Shown: positions 46,390-57,585 of the stretch, piece by piece | Position numbering within the stretch: the first letter of the stretch is position 1 | How the letters are laid out: each line of letters starts with the position of its first letter | Assembly (NCBI GenBank): GCA_963844385.1 | Contig: CAWJOJ010000041.1 | Coordinates: forward strand, 71,412-135,411 | Reading direction: 5' to 3' | Source of the DNA: an uncultured Actinomycetota bacterium | GTDB taxonomy: Bacteria > Actinomycetota > Actinomycetes > Propionibacteriales > Nocardioidaceae | DNA length: 64,000 nt | The notes under the pieces: generated by a model | Database searches by the model: none | Told to the model about the DNA's origin: nothing | The model's input: the letters and a program-made list of their open reading frames with translations, nothing else | Made by a program: the position numbers and the translations under genes

Positions 46390-48360
46390 CCGAGGAGCCC
46401 GGCTTCTCGATCGCCCACGTCGGCCGCGAAGGGCTGATCGAGCCGCCCGGCGCAGGACCCGCAAGCCACGACGGCACCGGCCGGGTCGAGCTCGTCGTTC
46501 ACCGTCGACACCGGACGCGACAGCCCACCGACCCAGCGCGGCGTGCGCGTGCCGCCCGGAGTGACGGTCTTCGACTCCGCCTCGTGGAACGGGATCGCCA
46601 TCGACTCCACGTGCGGCGGCCACGGCACCTGCCACAAGTGCAAGGTGCGGGTCGAGGGCGGCGCCGTACCCGTCACTCGGCACGACAAACGCACGTTCTC
46701 CCCCGATGAGCTCTCGAACGGATGGCGACTCGCCTGCCTGGTCCAGGCGACGCGCGACCTCAAGGTCGCGGTCCCGCCGCTGACGACGCGTCCCAAGGCA
46801 GCGACGGTCGGCGTCGGACGCCAGGTGATCCTGCGCCCCGCCCTGCAGAAGCGGTACGTCGAGCTGGCCGAGCCGACCCTCCAGGACCAGCGCACGGACC
46901 TGGTCCGGCTGCTCGACGCCATCGACGACCTCGAGCTGACCGCCGACCTGCATGTGCTTCGGCGGCTCTCCACCGTGCTCCGGCAGGCCGACTTCAAGGT
47001 GACCGCGGTGGTCGTCGACGAAGACCTGATCGACATCGAGCCCGGCGACACCACGGCGCTGCGCTATGCGATCGCCTTCGACCTCGGCACCACGACCGTG
47101 GTCGCCACCCTGCTCGACCTCGGGACCGGGACGCCGCTGGCCGTCGCCTCGATGCTCAACAAGCAGCAGCCGTTCGGCGGCGACGTGATCACCCGGATCA
47201 GCGCCACGATGATGGACCCGCACACCCTGCCGCTGCTCCAGGAAGCAGCCGGGGCGACCATGGCCGAGCTGGCGGAGGAGGTCTGCAAGGAGGCCGGCGT
47301 CGATCCGGGAAACGTCTACGAGGTGGCGGTCGCCGGCAACGCGACGATGACCGCGCTGGCGCTGGGGATCGACCCGGAGCCGCTTGGGGTGGCCCCGTTC
47401 GTGATGTCCGCGGCCCAGCCTCCCGTCGTACTCGCCGCCGACCTCGGGCTCACCCTCCACCCGCGGGCCCGCGCCGTGCTGTTCCCCGCGCTCGGTGCGT
47501 ACGTCGGTGGCGACATCGTCGCCGGCATGCTCGCGACCGGGATGGACCGGGACAAGCGGACCCGGCTGTTCATCGACGTCGGCACCAACTGCGAGATCGT
47601 GCTCAGCGACGGCGACACGATCCTCTCCACCGCTGCCCCTGCCGGGCCGGCCTTCGAGGGCGGCGCGATCCGCTGTGGCATGCGCGCCGCCGACGGTGCG
47701 ATCGAGACGATCAAGCTGGAACCGGTGGTCGAGGAGGGCCGTCAAGGCCCGTCTCCAAACCCCGTCACCCTCGGAGTGATCGGCGACGTGCCCGCTCGCG
47801 GCCTGTGCGGGTCCGGGCTCGTCGACGCGGTCGCGGAGCTGGTGAAGGTCGGCCTGCTCGATGCCTCGGGGCGTTTCGTCCCGCAGGAGTCCGCGGCCGA
47901 GATCGCGCCCGCCCTCGCCGACCGCCTGACCATGATCGGGAAGGAGCGGGTGTTCGTCCTGGACCGTCCCGATCCCGATGCGGACCCGTCCGAATGCGTC
48001 TACCTCTCCCAGCGCGACGTACGCGAGCTCCAGTTCGCGAAGGCCGCGATCTCCACCGGCTGGACCCTGCTGCTCGAGCAGCTGGGGCTCGAGCACCGCG
48101 ACGTGCAGCAGGTGCTGCTGGCCGGCTCGTTCGGCAGCTACCTCTCCCCCGCCTCGGCGGTCCGGATCGGACTGGTCCCGAAGCTGCCGGTCCTCCGCAT
48201 CGTCTCCGCCGGCAACGTCGCCGGTGAGGGCGCCAAGATGGCCCTGCTCTCGGTTCGCGAGCGCGCCGGCGCCGCCGCCCTCCTGAAGGAGGTGGCCTAT
48301 GTCGAGCTCTCCGACCGTCCCGACTTCAACGACAAGTTCGTCGAGCAGCTTGGGTTCTGA
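46386..48360 (+). CDS. ASKHA-family reductive activator of corrinoid proteins (RACE/RamA-like, DUF4445) with N-terminal [2Fe-2S] domain; frameshift near 46494
   Basis: [10 protein letters not shown]...[69 protein letters not shown] and GNVAGEGA. Confidence 0.92.
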
Positions 48361-48432
48361 GGGGGTAGTCCGAGACGAAATGGCCCCTTCCCACGGCGTG
48401 TCGGGGGCCATATCGTCTCGGACTACCCCCTC
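48359..48432. repeat. GTAG-flanked long palindrome (REPIN/MITE-like), copy 1
   Basis: GAGGGGGTAGTCCGAGACGAAATGGCCCC...GGGGCCATATCGTCTCGGACTACCCCCTC. Confidence 0.85.
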
Positions 48433-49024
48433 CGACCGCACCGCACTGATCGCGTGCGGAGCCCTGGCCCAGCCGGCGGCGGAGATCGCGGCGCGCAACG
48501 GATGGCCGGTCGACGTACACCCGCTGCCGCCGTTGCTGCACAACCAGCCGCAGAAGATCGCCGGCGAGGTCCGGGCGCTGGCGGAGTCACTGGGGTCGTC
48601 GTACGGCCGGGTCGTGGTGGGGTACGCCGACTGCGGGACGTACGGCGCGCTCGACGAGGTGTGTCGCGACCTCGGCCTGGCGCGGCTGCCCGGGCTGCAC
48701 TGCTACGACGTGTTCGCAGGGGCGAGCCGGCTCGAGGCGTTCTTCGACGACCAGCCGGGGACCTACCTGCTCACCGACTTCCTGGTCCGCTCGTTCGCCC
48801 GCACGGTGGAGCGCGAGCTCGGACTGGACCGCTGGCCGGAGCTCCGCGAGACCTACTTCGGCCACTACACCCGGGTGGTCTGGCTGGCCCAGCGGCCCGA
48901 CCACGAGCTGCGTGCCCTGGCCGCACAGGCCGCGGACCGGATCGGGCTGCCGCTCACCGTCGTGGAAACGGGCGAGACCGGTCTCGAGTCGGCCCTCGCC
49001 GACCTGCTCACTTTCGCCGGCTGA
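48380..49024 (+). CDS. DUF1638 family protein
   Basis: [75 protein letters not shown]. Start uncertain (48350 or 48380). Confidence 0.85.
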   Translation: MAPSHGVSGAISSRTTPSDRTALIACGALAQPAAEIAARNGWPVDVHPLPPLLHNQPQKIAGEVRALAESLGSSYGRVVVGYADCGTYGALDEVCRDLGLARLPGLHCYDVFAGASRLEAFFDDQPGTYLLTDFLVRSFARTVERELGLDRWPELRETYFGHYTRVVWLAQRPDHELRALAAQAADRIGLPLTVVETGETGLESALADLLTFAG

Positions 49025-49863
49025 GCTGCTCGATCAGGTCGCGGCGCCAGGCCTCGGTCTCGGCGATCTGGTTGAACGTGAACACGTGCAGCCCCTCCAC
49101 GAGGGCCCCGGGCTTGCCGAGCGCAGGGGCGCACTGGGCCAGGAACCGCTCTCCGGTGAACCCGCCGGGCGCGGCGAGCCGCACGAACGTGCCCTTGTGC
49201 TTGGCCAGGAAGCGCGTGGACTCGCCGACGCCGATCTTGGTCGCCATCGCCAGCAGCTTGGTGCGCTCCACGGGGCCCGGCATGCCGAGCAGGACCGGCA
49301 TGGTGACCCCGCGACCACGAAGACGGCCCAGCCAGTCGCGGATGGCGGCGGGGTCGAAGGTCAGGTTGCTGACGATGTGCGTGGCGTAGCGCCGCTTGTC
49401 CCACATCGACTGGATGGTGAGGTCGTCGCTGATCGTCGGGTGCGACTCCGGGTAGCCGGTGATGCCGACGTGCTCGAAGGGCCGGCCGAGTGCGGTCAGG
49501 TCCTCGAGCACGGCGAGCGCGTCGGGGTAGTCGCCCACCGGTTCCGCGTCGCCTCCGGGCACGAACACCCGGCTGATCCCCGCGGCCGTCAGCCGCTCGC
49601 AGATCTCGGCGAGCTCGCTGCGGCCGCTGACCATCCGGGCCGCGATGTGGGGTACGACGGGGTACCCGTGCGCGGTCAGCCGCTCGGCGAGGTCGAAGGT
49701 CGCGTCGAGTCCCTTGCTGGGCGAGGCGGTGACGGTGACGACCCGGTCCGGGGACAGGTGCTCGAGCACCTTGTCCTCGGTGCTGGCGGTCGGCAGCACC
49801 TCGAAACGGGCGTGTTCGAGCAGCCGGACCATCGTGGGACCTGCGCGAGATTTTGTTGCGCAT
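49008..49863 (-). CDS. Methylenetetrahydrofolate reductase family protein (MetF-like)
   Basis: [44 protein letters not shown] and GLHVFTFNQ. Start uncertain: in-frame ATG at 49832, or ATG at 49863 with a frameshift. Confidence 0.85.
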
Positions 49864-49937
49864 GGTGCAATCCGTTTCGTGATGCGCAATGACCTGCCCA
49901 GCGTAGCCGCCCCGGGAACCGGGGTACAGGGGCAGAT

Positions 49938-51347
49938 TCAGCGTGCGGACAGATCGGTCAACGTGTTCCGGATGGTCACCCAGGAGATCGCCCCGCCGAC
50001 GACGAGCAGCACCGCGCAGATGATCGTCGCCGAGCGGTAGGCATCGTTGAAGGCCACCGGGTCGGCATACTCGGCGCCGCCCAGTCCGACCGCCACCGGC
50101 AGGGCGGCGACGGCCAGCAGCGATCCGGCCCGGGCCACGGCGTTGTTGATCCCGCTGGCGATTCCCGCGTGCTCGTCGGGAGCGGCCGCCAGCACCGTTG
50201 CGGTCAGCGGTGCCACCATCAGCGCCAGGCCGAGGCCGAAGACGGTGAGCCCGGGCAGGACGTCGAGCCAGTACGACGGTTCGCGCCCGACCCACAGCAG
50301 CATCAGAGTGCCGACGCCCATGACGACGGGCCCGAACGTCATCGGGATCCGAGGTCCGATCCGGGTGGCCAGGCGGCCGCCGCTCGACGCCAGGAACAGC
50401 AAGCAGAGGATGATCGGAAGGCTTGCGACGCCGGCCTCGAGGGCGCTGTAGCCGCTCACCGTCTGCAGTTGCAGAGTCAGGAAGAACGACACCGCGCCCA
50501 GGGCGGCGTACACCAGGAAGGTCATCAGGTTGGCCGCGCTGAAGGTGTGTTCGCTGAAGAGATCGAGCGGCATCATCGGGTGCGTGCTGCGGGACTCCGC
50601 GACCACGAACGCGACGGCAGCGACCACGCCGACGACGGCGGCCCAGGGCGCTGCCTGGTTTCCCCACTCGATCAGGGCGTAGGTCGTCCCGGCCAACGCG
50701 ACAACCGCCAGGAGGGCGCCCGGGATGTCGAACTGTCCGACGTCCTCGGGGTTCTTGGTCTCGGGCACCCACTTCTGGGCCGCCAGAATCGTGGCCGCGG
50801 CGATCGGGATGTTGATCAGGAAGATCCAGCGCCACGTTGCGTAGTCGATGAGCACGCCACCCACGAAGGGGCCGATCGCGGCCGCGATGCCGCCGAGCCC
50901 GGACCAGGCGCCGATCGCGGCGGCCCGGTCCTTCTCACCGAAGGAGCCCTGGATCATGGCCAGGCTGCCGGGCGTGACCAAGGCTCCGCCGACGCCCTGC
51001 AGGATGCGGGCCAGGATCAGGATCAGAGGATCGGCGGCCAACCCGCACAGCAACGAGGCGGCGGCGAACCAGACCACGCCGATCACGAAGATCCGGCGCC
51101 GTCCGAACCGGTCGCCCAGGGCGCCACCCAGCAGGATCAGCGATGCCAGCGAGAGCAGGTAGCCGTTGGTGATCCACTGCAGCTGCGCCAGGCTGGCATC
51201 GAGATCCTCGCCGATCGTCTTCAGCGCGATGTTGACGACCGTGCCGTCCAGGAACGTCAGGCCGCTGCCGAGGACGGCGGCCGCGATCACGCCCCGGCCG
51301 GCAGTTGTGCCCAGGTGGATCGGGTCGTTGGCGGCCGCCTCGGTCAT
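49938..51347 (-). CDS. MFS drug-resistance transporter (DHA2, 14-TM type)
   Basis: LDGTVVNIAL, GGALGDRFGRRR, RILQGVGGA, WRWIFLINIP and ASGINNAVAR. Confidence 0.93.
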   Translation of the reverse strand: MTEAAANDPIHLGTTAGRGVIAAAVLGSGLTFLDGTVVNIALKTIGEDLDASLAQLQWITNGYLLSLASLILLGGALGDRFGRRRIFVIGVVWFAAASLLCGLAADPLILILARILQGVGGALVTPGSLAMIQGSFGEKDRAAAIGAWSGLGGIAAAIGPFVGGVLIDYATWRWIFLINIPIAAATILAAQKWVPETKNPEDVGQFDIPGALLAVVALAGTTYALIEWGNQAAPWAAVVGVVAAVAFVVAESRSTHPMMPLDLFSEHTFSAANLMTFLVYAALGAVSFFLTLQLQTVSGYSALEAGVASLPIILCLLFLASSGGRLATRIGPRIPMTFGPVVMGVGTLMLLWVGREPSYWLDVLPGLTVFGLGLALMVAPLTATVLAAAPDEHAGIASGINNAVARAGSLLAVAALPVAVGLGGAEYADPVAFNDAYRSATIICAVLLVVGGAISWVTIRNTLTDLSAR

Positions 51348-51419
51348 GATCTCGACCCTAGGGCCGCGACACCGAATCGGGCCATCGCCTTTGGCGCCCG
51401 CCCGATGCGACCATCGGGC

Positions 51420-51891
51420 ATGGTTGAAGCGACAAAGCGTGCCCTCCTCACTGTTGTGGCCGCTGTCTGCCTCGTGGCCGCCGTCGGCCTTCCGGCCGCG
51501 AGCCAGGCGAGCAGCCCCACCGCCTACGTCACCGCGCACCGAGCGAGCATCGACTTCGGCGACAAGCAGGTGGGCGGCGAGTACTTCAAGCGCACCAGGA
51601 TCACCAACGTCAGCCACCGGCCGGTGCGGCTTCTCGTGTCCGCCGGCCTCCCGGACGACTTCGGCTTCGGGCTCATGCCGGGCTCGACGTGCCCCGTCCT
51701 CGACGGCGGGGCGGTGATCCGTCCCGGGCGCAGCTGTGTGGCAGTGGTGCGGTTCGCGCCGACCGAAGGGTTCGTTGGGCTGGCACGCCGTCGGGGAGAT
51801 GTTCGCGGACTCCTACGACCCCGTCACCGGCGCGCTGCTGGACCACTTCCTGATCCCCGTCACCGGCACGGCGGTCCTGCGCCCTCGTTGA
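51420..51891 (+). CDS. Small secreted Ig-like protein (frameshift near 51780)
   Basis: Signal peptide; IDFG..VG...RITN...F....TC....I.PG.SC...VRFAP....VTGTA pattern, typical of ASH/choice-of-anchor-D-like domains. Confidence 0.6.
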
Positions 51892-51941
51892 GGAGGTCGC
51901 TCGGAACCACACCGACGCTCTCCGGGTGCGAGACTGTTCGA

Positions 51942-52274
51942 ATGCAACGGATCTCACTCGAAGCCCTGGCGCGTCAGCAACTCGACCTCGCGGCCGGCGC
52001 CGGCGGCGGCCACACCGCCGACACGGTCTATGGAGGACGCGAAAAGGTCCTGCGCCAGACCGTCATCGGAATGATCAAGGGAGCCCACCTCGCCGAGCAC
52101 GAGAACCCGGGTGAGGCCACCGTGCAGGTGTTGCGCGGCCGGGTCGTGCTGTCCGCGGGTGACCGCTCCTGGGAGGCGCGCACCGGAGACATGATCTTCG
52201 TGCCTGATGAGCGACACAGTCTCGAGGCCCTGGAGGACTCGGCGATCCTGCTCACGGTGGCCAAGCTGTCCTGA
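51942..52274 (+). CDS. Cupin domain protein
   Basis: LRQTVIGM, LAEHENPGEATVQVLRGRV and RHSLEALEDSAILLTV. Confidence 0.85.
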   Translation: MQRISLEALARQQLDLAAGAGGGHTADTVYGGREKVLRQTVIGMIKGAHLAEHENPGEATVQVLRGRVVLSAGDRSWEARTGDMIFVPDERHSLEALEDSAILLTVAKLS

Positions 52275-52280
52275 CCCGGT

Positions 52281-53033
<753 letters not shown>

Positions 53034-53172
53034 GGGCTCAGCGTGTCAGGTATGCGGCTGCGTCGCCGCTGAGTTTTTTCAGATCGTCCGGGCGTCCCGG
53101 ACGGGGTACGCCGACGGCCGCCACTGCTTGGTGGTGCACACGTTCGCGTCGATCTCGGGCAGGTGTGGTCGA

Positions 53173-53922
53173 ATGACAGCCATGGATCAAGGCTTCGGAA
53201 TCGATTTTGGCGGCAGCGGCATCAAGGGCGCACCAGTCGACCTCGAGCACGGGGAGTTCGCCGCGGATCGCGTGCGGATCAAGACCCCCGAGCAGTCCAC
53301 TCCGGAAGCCGTGGCCGAGGTGTTCGCTGCCCTCGTCGATCAGTTCCCGGACTCCACCGGCCCGGTCGGGGTCACCGTCCCGGGCGTCGTACGCAACGGC
53401 GTGGTGCACTCGGCGGCCAACATCGACAAGTCCTGGATCGGTACCGACGCCGACGCCCTGTTCACCGGGTCGATCGAGCGCGAGGTGCACGTGGTCAACG
53501 ACGCCGACGCGGCCGGGCTGGCCGAGGTCCGCTACGGCGCGGCCCGCGGGCAGGGCGGGCTGGTCATCATGACCACGCTCGGCACCGGCATCGGTTCCGC
53601 TTTCCTGTACGACGGAGCGCTGGTGCCGAACTCCGAGCTCGGTCACCTCGAGATCGGCGGCCGGGTCGCGGAGAAATGGGCCGCAAACTCTGCGCGCGAG
53701 AACGAGGACCTGTCCTGGCAGGACTGGGCGGACCGGCTGACGACGTACTACCGCGTGCTCGAGGGCCTGTTCTCCCCAGAGCTGTTCGTCGTCGGCGGTG
53801 GAATCAGCAAGAAGTCGGCGGAGTTCCTGCCCCTGCTCGGGATCGACACCCCGATCGTGCCGGCTGCACTGCGCAACCACGCCGGCATCGTCGGCGCGGC
53901 GCTGTACGCCAGGCGGGGCTGA
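53173..53922 (+). CDS. ppgK: Polyphosphate glucokinase (ROK family)
   Basis: [57 protein letters not shown] and AGIVGAA. Confidence 0.94.
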   Translation: MTAMDQGFGIDFGGSGIKGAPVDLEHGEFAADRVRIKTPEQSTPEAVAEVFAALVDQFPDSTGPVGVTVPGVVRNGVVHSAANIDKSWIGTDADALFTGSIEREVHVVNDADAAGLAEVRYGAARGQGGLVIMTTLGTGIGSAFLYDGALVPNSELGHLEIGGRVAEKWAANSARENEDLSWQDWADRLTTYYRVLEGLFSPELFVVGGGISKKSAEFLPLLGIDTPIVPAALRNHAGIVGAALYARRG

Positions 53923-55325
53923 GCTGAGATCGGGGGGGGGCACGTCGAGAGCGACCGGCCGCTGATGGCCGCGGCGACCGCCTTCGGGACGTCGGGATGG
54001 AAGACCGACGGGATGATGAAGGACGGGTTGAGCTCCTCGTCCTTGACGGTGAGCGCGATCGCGGCGGCGGCTCGGGTGAGCATGTCGCTGGTGATCTCCG
54101 AGGCCCGGGCGTCCAGCAGCCCGCGGAACACCCCGGGGAAGGCAAGCACGTTGTTGATCTGGTTCGGGTAGTCGGAACGGCCGCTCGCGACGACGGTGGC
54201 GTACTTCGCAGCCTCGACGGGGTCGATTTCCGGGTCCGGGTTGGCCAGCGCGAACACCACCGCGTCCTTGGCCATGTCGCCGATCCACTCCGCCTTCAGC
54301 ACTCCGGGACCGGAGACCCCGATGAAGACGTCTGCGCCCTGCAGTCCGTCGTGCAGGTCACCGCGCAGCTTGCGCGGGTTGGTCCGTCCTGCGAGCTCGG
54401 CCTTCGCGATCGGCAACGTGTCGTCGTCGCGGGACAGCAGGCCTTCGCGGTCCCAGACGACGACGTCCTCGGCGCCGCCGGCGAGCAGCAGGGTCACGAT
54501 CGCGCTCCCCGCCGCGCCGGCACCGGCCACCACGATCCGGATCTGGGACAGGTCCTTGCGGACCACGCGGAGGGCGTTGGTCAGGGCGGCGAGCACCACG
54601 ATCGCCGTACCGTGCTGGTCGTCGTGGAAGACCGGGATGTCGAGCGAGGCCCGCAGCCGGGCTTCGATCTCGAAGCAGCGGGGCGCGGCGATGTCCTCGA
54701 GGTTGATCCCGCCGAACCCGGGCGCGATCATCTCGACCGCGCGGACGATCTCGTCGACGTCCTGGCTGGCCAGGCAGATCGGCCAGGCGTCGATGTTGGC
54801 GAACCGCTTGAACAGGGCAGCCTTGCCCTCCATGACCGGCAGCGCGGCGCCCGGGCCGATGTTCCCGAGGCCGAGCACCGCGGAACCGTCGGTGACGACC
54901 GCGACGGAGTTGCCCTTGATGGTCAGCTTGCGTACGTCGTCGGGGTTCTCGTAGAGGGCCATCGAGACCCGGCCGACCCCTGGCGTGTAGGCCATCGACA
55001 GGTCGTCGCGGTTCTTCAGCGGCACCTTGGACGTGACCTCGATCTTGCCGCCGATGTGCAGCAGGAAGGTCCGGTCGGAGACCTTGTGGACCTCGACACC
55101 TTCCATCTCCTCGACGTTCTTGACCAGCTCGAGGCTGTGGTCGGAGTCGGTCGCCGAGCAGGTGACGTCGAGGACCAGCCGATCGTGCCGTGACTCGGCG
55201 ACGTCGATGGCGGTGACGATCCCGCCGGCGGAGGCGATGGCGGTGGCGACCGTCCCGACCACGCTGTGGTCCGGGTCGGTGTAGAGCCGCATGGTGATCG
55301 AGTAGGACGAGGTTGTGGCGGCCAT
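53748..55325 (-). CDS. NAD-dependent malic enzyme with N-terminal ACT domain (3' end uncertain)
   Basis: [65 protein letters not shown] and [11 protein letters not shown]. The conserved part ends near 53960. Confidence 0.92.
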   Translation of the reverse strand: MAATTSSYSITMRLYTDPDHSVVGTVATAIASAGGIVTAIDVAESRHDRLVLDVTCSATDSDHSLELVKNVEEMEGVEVHKVSDRTFLLHIGGKIEVTSKVPLKNRDDLSMAYTPGVGRVSMALYENPDDVRKLTIKGNSVAVVTDGSAVLGLGNIGPGAALPVMEGKAALFKRFANIDAWPICLASQDVDEIVRAVEMIAPGFGGINLEDIAAPRCFEIEARLRASLDIPVFHDDQHGTAIVVLAALTNALRVVRKDLSQIRIVVAGAGAAGSAIVTLLLAGGAEDVVVWDREGLLSRDDDTLPIAKAELAGRTNPRKLRGDLHDGLQGADVFIGVSGPGVLKAEWIGDMAKDAVVFALANPDPEIDPVEAAKYATVVASGRSDYPNQINNVLAFPGVFRGLLDARASEITSDMLTRAAAAIALTVKDEELNPSFIIPSVFHPDVPKAVAAAISGRSLSTCPPPISAQPRLAYSAAPTMPAWLRSAAGTIGVSIPSRGRNSADFLLIPPPTTNSSGENRPSSTR

Positions 55326-55418
55326 GCCCCCACCTTGGTACCCGGCCGGGCTCACCGGCAAGTCACTGCGGGGTTTCGTAGATAACGGTCTCGGTAGTGG
55401 ACGGCGGTCCCCGGCTTT

Positions 55419-55482
55419 GGTAGTCCGAGACGAAATGGCCCTCGACACGCCGCTGCGAGGGGCCATTTCGTCTCGGACTACC
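55419..55482. repeat. GTAG-flanked long palindrome, copy 2
   Basis: GGTAGTCCGAGACGAAATGGCCC-TCGACACGCCGCTGCGAG-GGGCCATTTCGTCTCGGACTACC. Confidence 0.88.
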
Positions 55483-55485
55483 GCC

Positions 55486-56055
55486 TCAGAACAACCGGAC
55501 CGGGCGGCGGACCCGCTCGCGACGTTCGCGTTCCTGGTCGCGCTCGGACGCGGCCGCGATCTCGGCTTGATCTCCCGGGCGGCCGACGGCGATGCCGGTC
55601 ATCACCTTGAAGTTGGACGGGATCCCGAAGGTCTCGGCCACGCCGTCGTGGTCGAAGCCGGCGAACGTGTGTGCCTCCAGACCGAAGGCGCGGGCCTGGA
55701 TCGTGAGGTGGGCGGCTGCCTGGCCGGTGTCGTACTCCGCGTAGTCGCTGTAGGACGGTGCATCGGGCATCGGGTCCGTCGCAGTCTGGCAGAGCGTCAC
55801 GAACACGAGCGAGGCCCTCGGCACCCAGCCCGAGTTTCCTCGCGACAGGTGCTGGACGAACCGCTGATGGTTCTCGTCGCCGCGCCGGCAGACGACGTAG
55901 GCCCACGGCTGGGAGTTGCCCGCGCTGGGTGCCCATCGGGCGGCCGCGATCAGGCTGGCGACCTCCTCGTCACTGACCACGTGCGCAGGATCGAAGATGG
56001 ACGGACTCCAGCGGCCGGCCAGCAGTTCGTGCATCGCGTCCGCGACTTCCGTCAC
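55486..56055 (-). CDS. Nitroreductase family protein
   Basis: [37 protein letters not shown] and IAVG. Confidence 0.92.
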   Translation of the reverse strand: MTEVADAMHELLAGRWSPSIFDPAHVVSDEEVASLIAAARWAPSAGNSQPWAYVVCRRGDENHQRFVQHLSRGNSGWVPRASLVFVTLCQTATDPMPDAPSYSDYAEYDTGQAAAHLTIQARAFGLEAHTFAGFDHDGVAETFGIPSNFKVMTGIAVGRPGDQAEIAAASERDQERERRERVRRPVRLF

Positions 56056-56072
56056 CGTGTCATCCTTTGTCC

Positions 56073-57338
56073 ATGAGGGGGACCGCCATTGCCTGGCGGC
56101 GCGAGATCGCCGACCTGCTGCTCGAGTACGCCGAGGCCGGCGTGCTCGGATTCACCGAGGTCATCGCGGAGAACACCGATCCCACCCGATTCGATTCCCG
56201 GCTCGCCCAGCTGGCCCGCCAGGTGCCGGTCATCCCGCACGGCGTGACCCTCGGCCTGGCGGGCGCCGACGAGCCCTCGCCCGCCCGGCTCACGCGGCTC
56301 GCCGAGCTGGCGCTGAGGTTCGACAGCCCGGTGGTGTCCGAGCATGTCGCGTACGTCCGCGCCGCGGACACCCCCGACTCGCTGCACCCTGACGTGCTGG
56401 AGGCCGGCCACCTCCTGCCACCGCCGCGCACGGCCGAGTCGCTCGCCGTACTCGTCGAGAACGTGCGGATCGCGCAGTCCCAGCTTCCGGTCCCGCTGGC
56501 CGTCGAGAACATCGCAGCGCTGTTCGTCTGGCCGGAGGACACCTTCACCGAGGCCGACTTCCTGACCGAGCTGGTTTCCCAGACCGGCGTTCGTCTCGTG
56601 CTGGACGTCGCCAACCTGTTCTCGAGCGCCACCGCGCGCGGCACGTCGGCGGCTGCCGACCTGCGGAGGTTCCCGCTCGAGGCGGTCGAGTACGTCCACA
56701 TCGCCGGCGGTGAGTTCAGGGACGGGCTCTATGTCGACACCCACGGACACGACCTCGTCGAGCCGGTCGTCGACCTGCTGACGGAGCTCGTCTCGCTCTT
56801 TCCCGGCGAGGTGCCCGGGGTGATGCTCGAACGCGACACCGACGTGACCGTCGAAGGAGTTCGCAGCGAGTACGGCCGACTGGTCGCGGCGGTCCCAACG
56901 TCGAGGGTCGTCATGAGCGGCGCCGACCGGGACGCTCTGCGGGCCCGGCAGCACGCCGTACTCGACGACCTGCTTGCCGGACGCACCCCGCCGTCCTTCG
57001 ACCCGCGCGGCACCGGCCTCACTTCCCGGGTGCTGCACCGCAAGCGCAGCGCCGGCGCCCTCGCCGTCGCCCCGGAGCTGGCCGAGCTGCCCGGCTGGCC
57101 GGACCCGTTCCTGGCCTGGTCGCCGGCCAACCCGGCGGTGGGGTGCGCCCACGACGACGTCCGCGCGTTCGTGGCGTCGCTGGAACCGAAAAATGAGTGG
57201 ATCCGTCTACACGAGGTGTACGACGGTCGTCGCAGGGCAGCATGGATACAGGTGGCCGGCCGGCGGATGTTCGTGATCGGTCTCGGAAACCGGGTGTGGC
57301 GCCTCTCGCGTCACTCGAACAAAGGGGGACTGAAATGA
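56073..57338 (+). CDS. DUF692 multinuclear non-heme iron oxidative enzyme (MNIO) with an in-frame C-terminal partner domain
   Basis: IPHGVTLGL, VSEHVAY, LAVENIA, LDVANL, YVHIAGG, DTHGH and MLERD metal-ligand motifs. A second domain starts at the in-frame ATG 56913 (RQHAVLDDLLAG..P..FD.......RKR). Confidence 0.88.
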   Translation: MRGTAIAWRREIADLLLEYAEAGVLGFTEVIAENTDPTRFDSRLAQLARQVPVIPHGVTLGLAGADEPSPARLTRLAELALRFDSPVVSEHVAYVRAADTPDSLHPDVLEAGHLLPPPRTAESLAVLVENVRIAQSQLPVPLAVENIAALFVWPEDTFTEADFLTELVSQTGVRLVLDVANLFSSATARGTSAAADLRRFPLEAVEYVHIAGGEFRDGLYVDTHGHDLVEPVVDLLTELVSLFPGEVPGVMLERDTDVTVEGVRSEYGRLVAAVPTSRVVMSGADRDALRARQHAVLDDLLAGRTPPSFDPRGTGLTSRVLHRKRSAGALAVAPELAELPGWPDPFLAWSPANPAVGCAHDDVRAFVASLEPKNEWIRLHEVYDGRRRAAWIQVAGRRMFVIGLGNRVWRLSRHSNKGGLK

Positions 57339-57579
57339 CTGCTTTCGCAATTCTGCTGTCGCTAGGCCTGGGCCTGGTGATCGTCGTGGTCATCGCACTC
57401 GCTGGCCGGCGCGACCGCGTCGTCCGGACCGCGCCGGAGGTCCCGCCGCGGCGGCGACGGCCGCCTACGGAGCCACCGCAGACGGCGGTTCCCACCACGA
57501 CGGATCCTCTTCCTGTAGCTCGTCCTCGTGCAGCAGCGGATCGAGCTGCGGCGGCGGAGGTTGCGGCGGCGGCAACTGA
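57335..57579 (+). CDS. Membrane-anchored peptide with Cys/Ser/Gly-rich C-terminus (TIGR04222-like tail), split by one frameshift near 57402-57430
   Basis: ATG overlaps the DUF692 stop, with AAGGGGG RBS. TM helix MTAFAILLSLGLGLVIVVVIALA in frame 2; frame 1 reads ...DGGSHHDGSSSCSSSSCSSGSSCGGGGCGGGN-stop at 57579. Confidence 0.75.
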
Positions 57580-57585
57580 CCCGGC

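Noticed and set aside
50169-52274. 701-aa ORF fusing a secreted domain and a cupin
   Set aside because: Chance read-through caused by the frameshift near 51780; two separate genes fit better.
57335-57579. Programmed ribosomal frameshift in the Cys-tail peptide gene
   Set aside because: No slippery heptamer is evident, and the many similar indels across the window point to sequencing error.
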